This document shows, in pieces, positions 39,408 through 51,449 of a stretch of DNA of 64,000 nucleotides. The DNA is from Geosiphon pyriformis uo1 (taxonomy: Eukaryota; Fungi; Glomeromycota). Position 1 is the stretch's first letter, and each line of letters opens with the position of its first letter. Made by a program: the position numbers and the translations under genes. Location of the stretch: positions 248,001 to 312,000 of the forward strand of contig JAAOMT010000275.1 in NCBI GenBank assembly GCA_016748015.1, given 5' to 3'. The notes under the pieces were generated by a model that was given only the letters and a program-made list of their open reading frames with translations, had not been told where the DNA came from and searched no databases.

Positions 39408-40700
39408 ATGATAATGGACTTGGACAACTACTCTGTCTTAATGGAATATTTGGGTAAAGGACAATATTCACTGAAATATACATGACAACAAAGAGAACAT
39501 TTGTGCAAACAATCAAATTTCTATTTGATTCACCAGAACCAACTTTATAAAAGAAATAGAAAAGATCCTGACCGCCCCCAGAGAGTTATCAGATTTGAAG
39601 AAAGAGAAATTGTGATCTACAATATGCATACTGATTCATTAGCTGGACACTTTGGAAAAACAAAAACAATTCAGAAAACTCTAGCTCGCTATTATTGGCC
39701 TACTTTGGGAAAAGACATTGCTGAATACATCAAAATCTGAAAACCCAATCGCAAAGAAGATATCCATCCAATTTCTGTTGGTCAACTCTTTGACAGAATT
39801 GGTATAGATGTTGTTGGATTTTTAACAATAACTTCTGATGACAACAGATACATTATCACAGCTACCGACTATCTTATAAAGTAGGTAGAAGCAAGAACCA
39901 CTCCAGACCAAACAGCAGTCTCAATAGCCAATTTCATTTATGAAGATATCATTTGTCACCATGGCTGCCCCAAAAAACTTTTATCTAACAGAGAAAGAGC
40001 TTTTCTCAATACACTTGTTGAAGAACTTTGCAGAAAAATGGGAATATGTCACAAACTTTCTTTTTCTTATCATTCCCAAACAAATGGCCTAGTGAAATAT
40101 TTCAATAGAACATTATGTGAAACCCTAGCCAAAACCAGCAAAGAAACAAACTTATGGGACAAAGTACTGCCTTCAGCTTTGTTTGCTTATAGAATTGTGA
40201 ATTATGACATAACAAGTTATGAACCTTTTTATCTACTCTATAGACGAATGGCAATCTTACCAATAGAAACTGACATTGAGACAATATTCTTTGAAGAAAT
40301 AACAATAGAGAATTACAAAGACATTTTGCAAAGAAGACTTGGTACCATTCTTGACTCATTAGTAGAAGCATGGATAATTGTCTTTGAAAAGATAAAACAA
40401 TTCCAAAAGAAGCTTAAGAAAAAGAAAACATATAAAACACTTTCCTTAAGTGTTGGTGACTTAGTTTTAGAATACCATTCAGACAGAGACAATGTCTATG
40501 GTGATAAATTCTCTAGCCAGTGGAAAAGACTCTTTATAGTCAACAAAGTTTTAAACAATGGTTTTTATATCTTACAAGATCAATATGGAACAATCTTCAA
40601 TGATCGCCCTGTTCATGGCACATGACTCAAAAAATATCACAAATAACCTGATTGGTTACCTGTTGTGGTAATACCAACCCAAATGATCAACAAAAATTAG
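39408..40700 (+). pseudogene. D integrase (separate ORF; CxxC of HHCC deleted)
   Basis: HTDSLAGHFG, YYWP, GIDVVG, YHSQTNGLV. ATG at 39408. Confidence 0.9.
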
Positions 40701-40747
40701 ATATAAATAAATGTACCATTCCCAAAACAGAGGTATTTTCAATCAAC

Positions 40748-41404
40748 ATGAACAATTATTTTTTAGATCAAAACATTTAAAACACTTTCTACACTTTCCA
40801 TGAGTACTGGATCAAAAATTATCCAAATGCTACTCTGACCATTGGAAAACAAACCACCATAACTGATAACAGTGGAACATATACTGTTATTAAACCAAAG
40901 AAAACCACTACCAGAAGAGAAAGAATTGGTAGCAAAATGGATAAGTATTTGCTGGAAAGCATAACAGCAGCAATACTTACACCTTCCATGACAATTAGAA
41001 AAACGATTAAGGAAATCTTGCCCATAGACAAAAACTTATCATATGGAAGACAACTAGAACTCTATGGTCATCTTAGTGAAATCATAGAAGAAATGAAGCT
41101 CATGAAGAAAACAACTTCAGAGATACAAGTGGAAATTTTGGGCATTATATGTTTAGATGTCTCAAGAGTTTTGATTATTGCAAAAAGAGCCAAGACTCTT
41201 ATACAAAGATTTGGTCTCTTGGATACAAAGCTTATTTTACCTTAAGTACTATATACTCTATCCACAAAAGACTTCAACAAACTAGTTAGTTTTGAGTTAG
41301 ACAAAACCCTTCAATTAGAATACCCTATAAATAGCTTGATTTTGCTGAAGCTCAATCTCTTTGGAGAGGATGATGTTATAGTTGAAATCTATAATTTTTA
41401 TTAG
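40748..41404 (+). pseudogene. D ORF3
   Basis: ~218-codon frame with two CAA>TAA-type stops between IN and LTR. LYGHL, AKRAKTL and LSTKDFNKL parallel the ORF3 motifs of the other families. Confidence 0.65.
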
Positions 41405-42004
41405 TTATCACATGTATTAGTCACTGATGTCATATAATTAGCCACTCTATTTTTAGATAGTGATCATTGATCTGGTCATTGACCACTTTCAATAGCTATA
41501 TAAGCAATGAGTCTCTTAGCTGTAGAAAATCATCTCTCAGACAAGAATTAAATAAATAAAAATAACAACTTTCATCTCAATCACTCTCTTATCGCTAATT
41601 TCTCTTTTCCTACCATCAAGTATCCAAACATCTTAGGATAAAAAATTACTTGTTGGCCTTTTCTTAACATATATAATTGTAGCATTTGAAGATTATTTGA
41701 ATAAACATGACTGAAAAGCACAAGTTGATACTTGATATTGAATTCTAAGAGCACCGACGTGAGGCATAGAATTATATCAGTGGTGATCAATTGTTGACAG
41801 TATGGACTATCTCTCTACCTTCAGATTCCCTTGTTATCTTTTGAAAAGAATAGCAACTAAGATATTTTATGAGACTGATCTCACACATTGAATTCATACT
41901 CATTCAATTTGCTCATTGAAGTTGAATTCTTTTTGATTATTTTTATCACCCTACAATCTTGTTTTCTCTTGCTATCTGTTAGCTTGTTACTCCAACTCAT
42001 AACA
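41374..42004 (+). repeat. D 3' LTR (631 bp; two 12-bp units)
   Basis: Direct repeat of the 5' LTR minus 24 bp. Confidence 0.95.
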
Positions 42005-42310
42005 ATATTACTGTGAATAACTCCAATTTCTAAGTTATTTAATAAAACTATGGGGAAATTGTTGGGATTGTAAAAAGTAACTCAGATTTTCTTTGTTCCT
42101 TCTGGAATATAAATGTTTGGGATCGAGATATTATGTTTTAAGCAGATTTGTTCGTTGGACTCAAAAATTTGTTGTGTGGTTGTTGGCTTTTCACAAGTGT
42201 AAATTTCAGGGTGTTCTCCAAAGGGTAAAATAGTAATTGGTTATGGAAGTCATAAAATCTGGTGAGATTCTTTCTGTTCATTGAGAGCTATGTTTACTGA
42301 AACTGTGAAT

Positions 42311-42700
42311 TGTCCAGTTGAACCAAAACCTTGGGTTTCTCTTTCACTTTTTCCCAATAGTTCTCTTTGATTGACTAATTGTAAATCCGAAATGTTGATT
42401 AAGGGTAAATAAATGGCTTGGGCAATTTTCTTGGCATGTTTAATTTTAAATGGCTTGTCAGTTTCATTTTGGAGTATTACTGTTATATCATCAGTATATT
42501 CAGCATCAATTATTCCTCCTCTGACATTGATTCCTTTGCTTGCTAGAGAGGACTGGGAGGCAATTTAAACCATTGTTCCTGGTGGGATTTTGAGGGCAAT
42601 TTTGAGGTTGATTTTTGTAAGAGATTTGAGTTTGAGAACAAAAGTATTCTTTTTTGGATATCTTAGTTCATATCCAGCATCAATTTCATGTGCTTTTTCA
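42311..42700 (-). pseudogene. C dUTPase domain
   Basis: DAGYEL, ASQSSL, GGIIDAEY, KIAQAI, RETQGFGSTG. Confidence 0.9.
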
Positions 42701-42859
42701 GGTTTTATTCCTTGTCCATTGTTGTTGAAGTATTTGAGTTGTAAGGCAGACTGATTTTTAATGAGATAGATGGGTGTTGTTTCAATTTTTTCTGTTGCTT
42801 CAGGTTCTTCAAATTCAATTTCGTTTTTATTGTTTTCACTGGGCAGGAGAATTCTAAGA

Positions 42860-45800
42860 GCATAGCATTCAGAGCATCATTGCTCATCACAAGGCATTAT
42901 GCATTCTTCACACAATTTAATGTTCATTTGCTCTAGCCGTTGAGCTTGAGCTTCTTTAGTTGGGTAGGTGTGACTTGTGATTTGATGGTACACTTTTACT
43001 TCATCTTTATAATTGTATCCAGCTAATTCCAAGGTATATTCGATATATTCAGCTTCTTTTATTTGACAAACATCTTCTTTGGTAGCTCTATTAACCAATG
43101 TCATTGCTAGATTAAAAATCATTTCAGCATTATGGGGGTAGTAATAGAGTTTGTTGAGAGCACTGTCATATGCTGCATCAAAGAGTGTTCCTCTTTTGAC
43201 TTTTTCTAAAATTAATAAAGCATATTGGCAGATTTAATCACAGACTCCTCCTTTTATTGCTACATCAATCCAATTGCATTCTTCTGGTAGTGTATTTCCA
43301 CAAGTTAAACAAAGGGTGTTGTCCCATTTTCCACTTCTTTTTATTAGATGGTCCCATCGTTCTCTGTGGTAAGCTTTGCAGTAATAACAAGTATGATTTT
43401 CATATTCTTCTTTAGGTGAAATGCAGGCTCTCATTGAGGAGAGTTTCTTGTGGGAGTCCTTGCATTTGAGTGGAATGTAAGGGTGTCATTTCTTTGGTTT
43501 TGGTTTAGAATATAAGATGTTCTATTCAGAAGTTTTTGGTTCCTCTGAATATGATTTTGTTGCAAAATACGTTTGCTTAGTTTCTTCAGCCCAGTTAGAT
43601 GTTGATTCAAGAGCCATAAATGTTTTGACTACATGCTTTTCTTCCTTTTCTTCAAATTCGAAGACAGGGGCTTTCTCTAATTGTTTGTTGAATGTACCAC
43701 AAGTAGTGAGTACTTGGGCATGTTGTCCTTAATAGAAGAGTTGTAATTCTTGGGTTTCCCAGTCTAATTTTGCATTGGCTTTTTGGAGCCAATCATTTCT
43801 GACAAGAGCTTAATACTGGGGCACCTTTATTATAAGAACTTTGACTGGAATGGTGATTTCATCAAAAGTGAATGAAAAATTGGCAATTTCTTCTACGGAA
43901 GTCTTTTTCATGCCATTAGTAATGACAATTACTGTCTGAGCTGGTCAGTCAACATTTTTCTTTAACTGTTGCATCAACTGGTAGGTGATGATGCTTCTGG
44001 CAGATCTACTGTCTAGGATCAAGCGAATTGCCTTTTCTTTGACTTCTGCTTTAGTGTACATAGCAGTGATTGCTTTTTGTTTGTTGGCAGCTGCATTGTT
44101 GAGCAGGAATAGTGACTCATTTGCTTCGAACTCAAAAGAAAATATATCTGAAAGGTTGGCATTTTCAGCAATTCTGGCTGGTGGAATTGTGGTAGGAGTA
44201 TAGGAAAGATTTTGTTGTCATGCTGTAGCTCTACCTTCCAAGAGTGCAGTATGGTGAAAATTCTGTTCTTCTGGTATTGTTAAATAACTGGATTGAGTGT
44301 GGTAGTGGTTGGGTCTTGGTTGAGCAGAATTTTGGGGAACCAATTGGTTGTTTGAACTGATTCTATTGTTGTTTACTTGGTATCAGTTTTGTGGTGTCAA
44401 TTGATTTTGTGTAATCAATCTTCAAGCAGATACTTGATAATGTTGTGTGGGTGGTTGTTGGTATTGCTGTTGGATTGGCTGTGAGACAGGCTGATAATAG
44501 TTATTTTGGTATTGGGGTCTTGGTAGATAGTAAGCTGGTCGTAGTGGTTGATAATAAGATTGCTGTGATGGAGGGTAATATTGATTACTCCTATTTTGTT
44601 GGTCTCGTTGTAGCTTTCTGCAATCTCTTTTCCAGTGGCCAGGAATTCTACAGTAATGGCAATTCTGAGACTGGTTATTAGAGGGTGATGTGAAAGTATT
44701 TTGATTTTGTTTTTGGGATGGTTAATATCTTTGGGGTTGCTGTTGTTGTTGGTTGGTGAAATAGTTTTCGACTTTCTTCATGAGTTGGTCGATTTTCTCT
44801 TCAGCTGCTAAGCTGGTTCTCCAATGGCCAAGTTTACAAGTTTTGTGCGATTGGCCTCTTCTATGGCCATTTTGTATCTTTTTGCATGCTGTATGGCAGA
44901 GTTTAAATCTTCTGGAGCATGTGGGCAAACTTTTTTAATCAGTTTATCCTTTAGACCAGCGATAAATTGATCCAAGATTTGAGTATTGGAATAATAATCA
45001 TTAGTTTCAAGTTGGCAAATTCATCTGAGAAGTTTGTTGAATTTCCCAATATAAGTCATGACAGATTTAGAGGGTTCTTGTTTGATATTGTGAAAACAAT
45101 TTTGAAGAGTAATGGAGGTGTTGTTATCAGTGAATTGTTCTAAGAAGGCAGTTTTGAAAACTGTCCAGTCATTAAAAGGAGTGATCAAGTTTTCGAACCA
45201 TTCACCTGCTGTTCCTTTGAGAAAGTAGGGAATTGTTCTTAACATTCTGGCACCATTCCATTCATTTGCATCTCCAGCTTTAGTAACTTGGTCGAACCAT
45301 TCTTGGGGACTGGTCTCAATATCTTCTTCATTAAATTTGGGAATTTTTGCAATATAAGCTGTCATTTTGTCTTCTTCCTTGTTATCTGTTAATTCACTTT
45401 CTTTTTTGGATTCTATTTCTTCTTCAATGGATTCAGAAACGTTTTCTTTATTGGCTAATGTTTCAGAGTATTCACTTGTGTTTTCTGCTAAATAGTCAAG
45501 AAGATTGGTACTAGTCTGAAGAGTTTCTTGTTGTCTGGTGGAACTTTTGGGTGATGTATAATCTTCTAATCTTGAAAATTGATTTAAAGGTGAATTAAGA
45601 GTTTCTGCTTGTGCAAGTGAAGCTGGAAAAGATGTAATAGTGAGTGAAAGTTTTGAACTGGTTCCTTGTTCAGGTGTTTGTAAGTGTTTGGCAGTTGTTT
45701 TTAGTAATATTAGAGTATTTAGGGCGGTTTTTGAGTATTGCTTCAATTTTTGTTTGCCTTTGTTACTTGTTTCTGTCTCTGATTTAAAGTCAAAAGAGTA

Positions 45801-46116
45801 TTTAGACTGTACTGAGTATTTTTCTTCACAATACTCAATAATGTTAAAATTAAGTTCTTGGAAATAGGTAGCAAGTGTTTCACTGTTCAGGTCTTCTGTT
45901 CCCAATTGTAAATAGTGCACTAAATTATTGTAGAGGTTGCTTCTAATTTCTGAAATGTTGTAGTTTCCAAAAAGATAATTGTTGATACAGTTTTTAATGT
46001 ATTGGTATACTGATTTTTTGACAACTTCAATTCCATCTGGAATGTTGAATCTTTGCTTGCAGTGTATAAATTGACTGGTAATACTCTAAAGTTGCTGTGT
46101 CTGGTGTGGTTGCCAC
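42860..46116 (-). pseudogene. C gag (leader, capsid, knuckle), protease and Cys-rich region
   Basis: MTAYIAKIPKF, CHYCRIPGHWKRDC, LILDSRSA, multiple CxxC pairs at 42860-43470. Confidence 0.88.
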
Positions 46117-46161
46117 TTTGAATTTGTTGTTGCTGTGTTATTTTCATAAGAGAGCACCAAA

Positions 46162-47134
46162 TGTTACTGGAGGTTTTTTGGTCTCTTTTTTTTAATGTTG
46201 TTAATGTTAATTTGCTGTGAATTCATGTTTCCAGAAAGTAATTGGACCTCCAGTAACTGAATTTATTTTTAAATTATCTCCTATAATTTGAACTGCTGGG
46301 CTTATAAGTGGAATAACCAATTCCTTGCCAGTTACTTTATGTAGTTACATTGTAATAAATGTCAACTCTTTCCCAGAAATTGCTTGTCTAGAAGCTCATT
46401 AAAGATGTGTAGTTACTTTGCTGTAAAAGTTAACTCTTCTACAGAAATCTCGTCTGTAGGCTATCTTAATGATTATGATAAGAAAAGAAAAGAAAAATAA
46501 AAGAAATGTAAAAGAAATAAAATTTTATTAAGAGAAACGTTTTCTATTCAGGTCTGGAGTTACTAACAGATTATTGAAATTAGTAGCTAATCAATTTCAA
46601 AACGTTAGTTGTGTTGAGAGAATTTCAAGTGTAATAGTTTAAGAATTTGGTTTTCGAATATTTAATTTTTATTTGAATATGTAAAAGGTGATTTGTTTTA
46701 ATTAAGATATCTAAAGTAGAATCCTATGTTAAGATACTATAAGAAGATACATTTTTTTGAAGAGAGAAGCTCTTTTTTTATACAACTTGTTATAGTACTA
46801 GTCTTTGAACTTGCACTTTTCTTTTTGCTATAATTTGGATGAACTAAAGATACATTTCGGCTAACTACAAGTTATTTTACTGAACTATTTGATTATTTCG
46901 GCCAATTTTCATTAATTTTGGCGAATTTTAACTATGTTAAATGGTTCAGGGTATTGTGTAATTTGATCATCTTAATTTCTAGAGTACAAATCAGATTATT
47001 GATTGAGTAATAATATTTAATAATTTGATTAAATAATAAGTGATAATTGAAATGATAATAATATATGCTAATTAATAATAGAAATTATAAGGGTAATTTC
47101 ATGCTAATTAATAGCTAAAATTCTACTAATAACA
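46162..47134 (-). repeat. Shared LTR: 5' LTR of C and 3' LTR of E (973 bp)
   Basis: PBS on its left, PPT on its right. Closely matches 54739-55708. Confidence 0.95.
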
Positions 47135-47825
47135 TAATCTTCTTCTTAAGATTGAGCTCTGTTGAAGTCCAAGCACTATCTGTAATATCAAGATAATGGT
47201 CCAAAATAATTAAAGTGATTTGGTCTGAAAATTGTTGAAATTTCAGTTCTGTGAGCTTTCCAATGTGTTGAATCTTCATTGGATGAAGTATAGAATTTTG
47301 TAAGACGTTTTCACAAGTATTGAATAGATTATAGAGTCTAGATGCTGTTCTAAGTTTGTAGTAAGTGTTTGTTGGTCCAGCTGCTGTTTTGAATTCATTG
47401 TGAATTTGTTTTTGTATAGCTTTAGGAGTAATATTGGTTGCTTCAAGTTCCAGTTTTCGTTCATAAAGTGTTTTTCCAATATGAAAATATCTATATATAA
47501 GGATATGTTTATTGTTTTGTTTATTGAGGAATAGTAGAAGTTTTTGTTCTATTGTGGCATTTGGTGGAATATTAATAGGGGCAATTAAAAGGTTTTCTTT
47601 TAGTGCTTGCTTCAAAAGTTCTGGTAACTTATTTTTAGAGTAACCTCTTGTTTTTTTTCTATAAGGGTGATAGTTCTGAGAATTATTTATTACTGGGACT
47701 ATGATTTTTTTCTGAATATAATTAATTTGGCTTTCATTAATCGTTATGGATAAGTCAGGAAATGTTTTTAAAGCTAACATTAATTTTTGGAATATTTGTT
47801 GAATATTTCGGGGAATAATTATGAT
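47115..47825 (-). CDS. E ORF3, still open (>=221 aa), basic and likely helical protein of unknown function
   Basis: Uninterrupted frame. YFHIGKTLY, RTASRLYNLF, IGKLTELKFQQF. No obvious signal peptide or TM segment. Confidence 0.7.
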   Translation of the reverse strand: MIIIPRNIQQIFQKLMLALKTFPDLSITINESQINYIQKKIIVPVINNSQNYHPYRKKTRGYSKNKLPELLKQALKENLLIAPINIPPNATIEQKLLLFLNKQNNKHILIYRYFHIGKTLYERKLELEATNITPKAIQKQIHNEFKTAAGPTNTYYKLRTASRLYNLFNTCENVLQNSILHPMKIQHIGKLTELKFQQFSDQITLIILDHYLDITDSAWTSTELNLKKKIMLLVEF

Positions 47826-47970
47826 AAAAAATGACTAACTAATAAAATTTGAGAAAAAATAAAGAAAATTATTTTTGGGTATAAGGTTTTATTTGTTTTT
47901 GGGTTTGGGTGTTATTTGTTATTTTTGTTCTTGTGTGTTATTAAGAGGATTATTGTAAAATTATGTTGAA

Positions 47971-49355
47971 TTAAGTGTTCAGGTTTGGTTGTTGTTCTAT
48001 TATAATTATTGGTTCTAAATTTCGGGGAATATCTTCAGGATTAATTAAAAGAGAATGTGTACCAATTTGTGGAATTAATGGTTCAGAATTGTTTCTGGAA
48101 TAATAGTGTTTCAATCTATCTCCATGTGCAACTTTTGCTAGTATTTTGTCATTAAATCTTAACTTGTATGATCTATTGCCTAGAATTTTGTAAATATAAA
48201 ATGGTCCATCCCATTTATTTTCAAATTTTTCACTTCATTGTTTTTCAGTCTTAGTTCTGTGTAAGAAAACTTTATTTCCAACTTTAAATTCGTTGGTAAT
48301 GAGTGGTAATTTGTTGTTATGTCTTTCTTTTTGTTAAGCTTAGGAATGTTTAATATGAGTTGCTGCTATCTTTTTTTTTCCTTCCAGTGTATTAAGAAGA
48401 GTGTAGACTCTTTTTTGGAGTGTTTCTTGAAAGTTTTCTTCATTAATTAGTTGCACAGAGTACTGTTTCCACCATGAAATTAATTGGTAGTGTTGCTGTT
48501 CTTCCATAAGTAAGATCAAATAGTGTGTGTTTTGTAGTATCTTGTTTTAGTGTTCTGTATGCTAGTAACACTGATGGAATAAAGATATCCCATTCCTGCT
48601 CAAAATTTGTTGAGACTTTGGCTAAAGATTTACACAATGTTCTGTTGAAACATTCTACAAATCCATTTGTTTGAGAGTGATAAGGTGATAATAGAAGTCT
48701 TTTGACATTGAATCATTCACAAATTTCTTGTATCAAGTTGTTCACAAAATGTGTTCCTTGATCAGATAAGAGTTCAATTGGACATCCATGTCTACAAATA
48801 ATGTCTTCATAAATGAAATTTGCTACTGATTTTGCATTTGCTCTTTGATGGCTCTAACTTCAGGCCATTTGGTGAGATAATCTACTGCAACTGCAATATA
48901 ATGATTTCCTTGGATTGTGATAGGTAATGGTCCAACTAAATCAATTCCAACTCTGTTAAAAGGCTGTTCAACTTTGATTGGATTTAAAGATTCTGTGGGT
49001 TGAGTTCCTCTTTTTCTTTGACAACTATCACAAGATTCTATATATTGTTAAATGTCTTTTTACATGTGAGGCCAAAAATAATGTTCAAGAGTTCTTTGAA
49101 TTGTTCCATCTCTTCCCAAGTGTGCTGAAGAAAGATCTGTGTGCATGTTGTATAAAATTGTTTTTTTTTCATTTTTTTGTACTAATCTGAATGGTTGGTT
49201 TGGATTTCTGCAATTTTTGTAATAGATTTGTTGTAATGTATGAAATATTGTTTGTATTGGTGTTGCAATCGATGTTTTTCACTTGGAGACCAATTTTCTG
49301 GTATGGTAAGAGTCTTCAAATAGTTTTTAATATTGTTATAATTTTTAAGATCTAT
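47971..49355 (-). pseudogene. E integrase (separate ORF)
   Basis: GIDLVGPL, YLTKWPE, SDQGTHF, WDGPF. Start ATG>ATA at 49355. Confidence 0.9.
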
Positions 49356-49412
49356 TATTGTTTGGTTATTGTGTTGGTAGGTTGATAAGTTGTGGTGGAA
49401 TTGTTGTTGGTG

Positions 49413-50500
49413 TTAATCTTGTCTCATTCTTGAGAGGCTATCAACATTGGTATGTAGTTTTTCTGGTTTGTAATGTATAATGTATCTGTAGTCTGCTAAA
49501 AAGTCATTTCATCAAGACTGTTTGGCACTTTGTTCAGTTTTTTTTTTATTGAGCCATTTGAGGCCAATATTGTCAGTTATTATGTCAAATTTTTTTTCAT
49601 TCTTCAGGTATTGTTGAAAATGTTTGAGAGCTCAGATGATTGCAGCAGCTTCCAATTCAGTTGAGCTATATTTGAGTTCTGTTGGCTTGAGTGTTCTGCT
49701 GGCATAAGTGATAACTTGTTCCTGGCTATTTTCATCTAATTGTGATAAAATGGCACCAAATGCTATATGTGAAGCATCAGTGGCTAATTGGAACCATTTG
49801 TTGAAGTCTGAGTAAACAAGAACTGGGGCTGTTGTCAATTTTGTTTTGAGAGTTTCAAAAGCTTTTTGTTGTTCTTCAGTTCATTTGTATGGCACGTTTT
49901 TGTTGATAAGATAATTGAGTGGTTTGGTAATTTTTAAGTTGCTGAAATGTTGCTGGTGTATTGCAAAGTTCAAAAGACATAATATTGAACTTATGGTTTC
50001 CTTCTTGGGTGGTAAATGCTGTTTTGAATCGGTCTTTTGGGTCTATTTTGACTTGCCAATATCCACTTTTCAAGTCTAAAGTTGAGAAGAACTTGGCTTT
50101 TCCTAGAGCATCTAGCATGTCATCAATTCTTGGAAGAGGCTAGGCATCTCCAATTGTCACACTGTTTAATTGACAATAGTTAACACAAAATCTGATTTTT
50201 CCATTTTTTTTTTGACAAGGACTACTGGTGAGGCCCAAGAATTTCTTGATGATTTAATCAATCTGTTATTGAGCATTTTCTGGACTTCTTCTCTAATGAA
50301 TTGGTGGCTGGCAGATGGCAATCTGTAAGCTTGCTAACATTTTGGTGGAGCATCTCCTATATGGATCTGATGTTGAACAATATCAGTTTTTCCCAGGTCA
50401 TTGTTGTCTTTTGCAAATATATCTGCAAATTTAGCTATCAATTGTTTCAATTATCTTTGTTGTTAAGGTTCTAAGAGACCCATGTTGATTCGAGAGAGTT
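49413..50500 (-). pseudogene. E RT-RNase H with ~340-bp deletion of the YLDD region
   Basis: PATFQQL joined directly to KITKPLNYL at ~49937. LSRMRQD* at 49413. Confidence 0.88.
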
Positions 50501-50919
50501 TTTTTTTCAAAAGATGGTAGTTTTCAATGGTAAGAATGATAATTGGATTTGGGAGTAGAATGTGTCTTACAATTTCGATGAAATTAGAAACAATTTGAAG
50601 GTTTTTATTTTGAAAGATATTGCTGTATATGATTCCAATCTCTAATTTGTTTAATAAGACAATAGGGTAATTATTGGAGTTGTAGAATGTAACTCAAAAT
50701 TTTTTCATTCCTTTGGGAATATAAACGTTTAGAATTGAGATTTCATGCTTCAAACAGATTTGTTCATTGGATTCAAAGATTTGTTGTATAGTAGTGGGTT
50801 TTGAGCAAGTGTAAATTTCGTGATGTTTACCAAAAAGTGAAATAGTAATTGGTTGGGGAAGTTAAAGATCTGGTGAGATTCATTTTGTGTATTAAGAGCT
50901 ATCTTTACTGGAACTGTAA

Positions 50920-51310
50920 ATCATCCAGTTGAACCAAAACCTTGAGTTTCTCTTTCACTTTTTCCCAATTGTTCTCTGTTGTTTACTGATTGTAAACCCG
51001 AAATGTTGATTAAGGATAGATAAATTGCTTGGGCAATCTTTTTGGCATGTTCAATTCTAAATGGTTTGTCTGTTTCATTCTACAACATGATGGTGATGTC
51101 TCCAGTATATCCTGCATCTATGACTCCTCCTCTAACATTGATTTTTTTGCTTGCCAATGATGATCTGGATGCAATTTGAACCATTGCTCCAGATAGAATT
51201 TCAAGAGCAATTTTAAGATTGATTTTTGTCAAAGATTTTGGTTGGAGAACCAAAGTATCTTTTCCTGGATATCTTAGATCATATTCAGCATTAATTTCGT
51301 GTGCTTTTTT
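50920..51310 (-). pseudogene. E dUTPase domain
   Basis: AEYDL, ASRSSL, GGVIDAGYTGDI, KIAQAI, QGFGSTG. Confidence 0.92.
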
Positions 51311-51449
51311 TGGTCTGATTCCTTGGCCATGGTTGTTGAAATATTTAAGTTGTAGAGATGGTTGATTTTCAAAAAGATAGATAGAAGTGATTGGTAGTTT
51401 TTCTACTAGTTCAAATACTCCAAATTCGATTTTATTTTCATCATTTTCA

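Larger units (their letters stand above)
34412..42004 (+). mobile_element. Ty3/Gypsy element D (full length) nested in C pol
   Basis: LTRs 34412-35066 and 41374-42004, ATAT TSD (34408-34411, 42005-42008), PBS 35073-35089, PPT 41363-41373. Confidence 0.97.
29649..47134 (-). mobile_element. Ty3/Gypsy element C (contains D; shares its 5' LTR with E)
   Basis: 3' LTR 29649-30631 with PPT, full domain set, PBS at ~46143-46159. Confidence 0.95.

Noticed and set aside
42311-42700. dUTPase as a counter-defence to the C>T hypermutation
   Set aside because: dUTPase limits dUTP incorporation during synthesis and would not prevent deamination of chromosomal cytosines. dUTPase-bearing elements are no less mutated than D.
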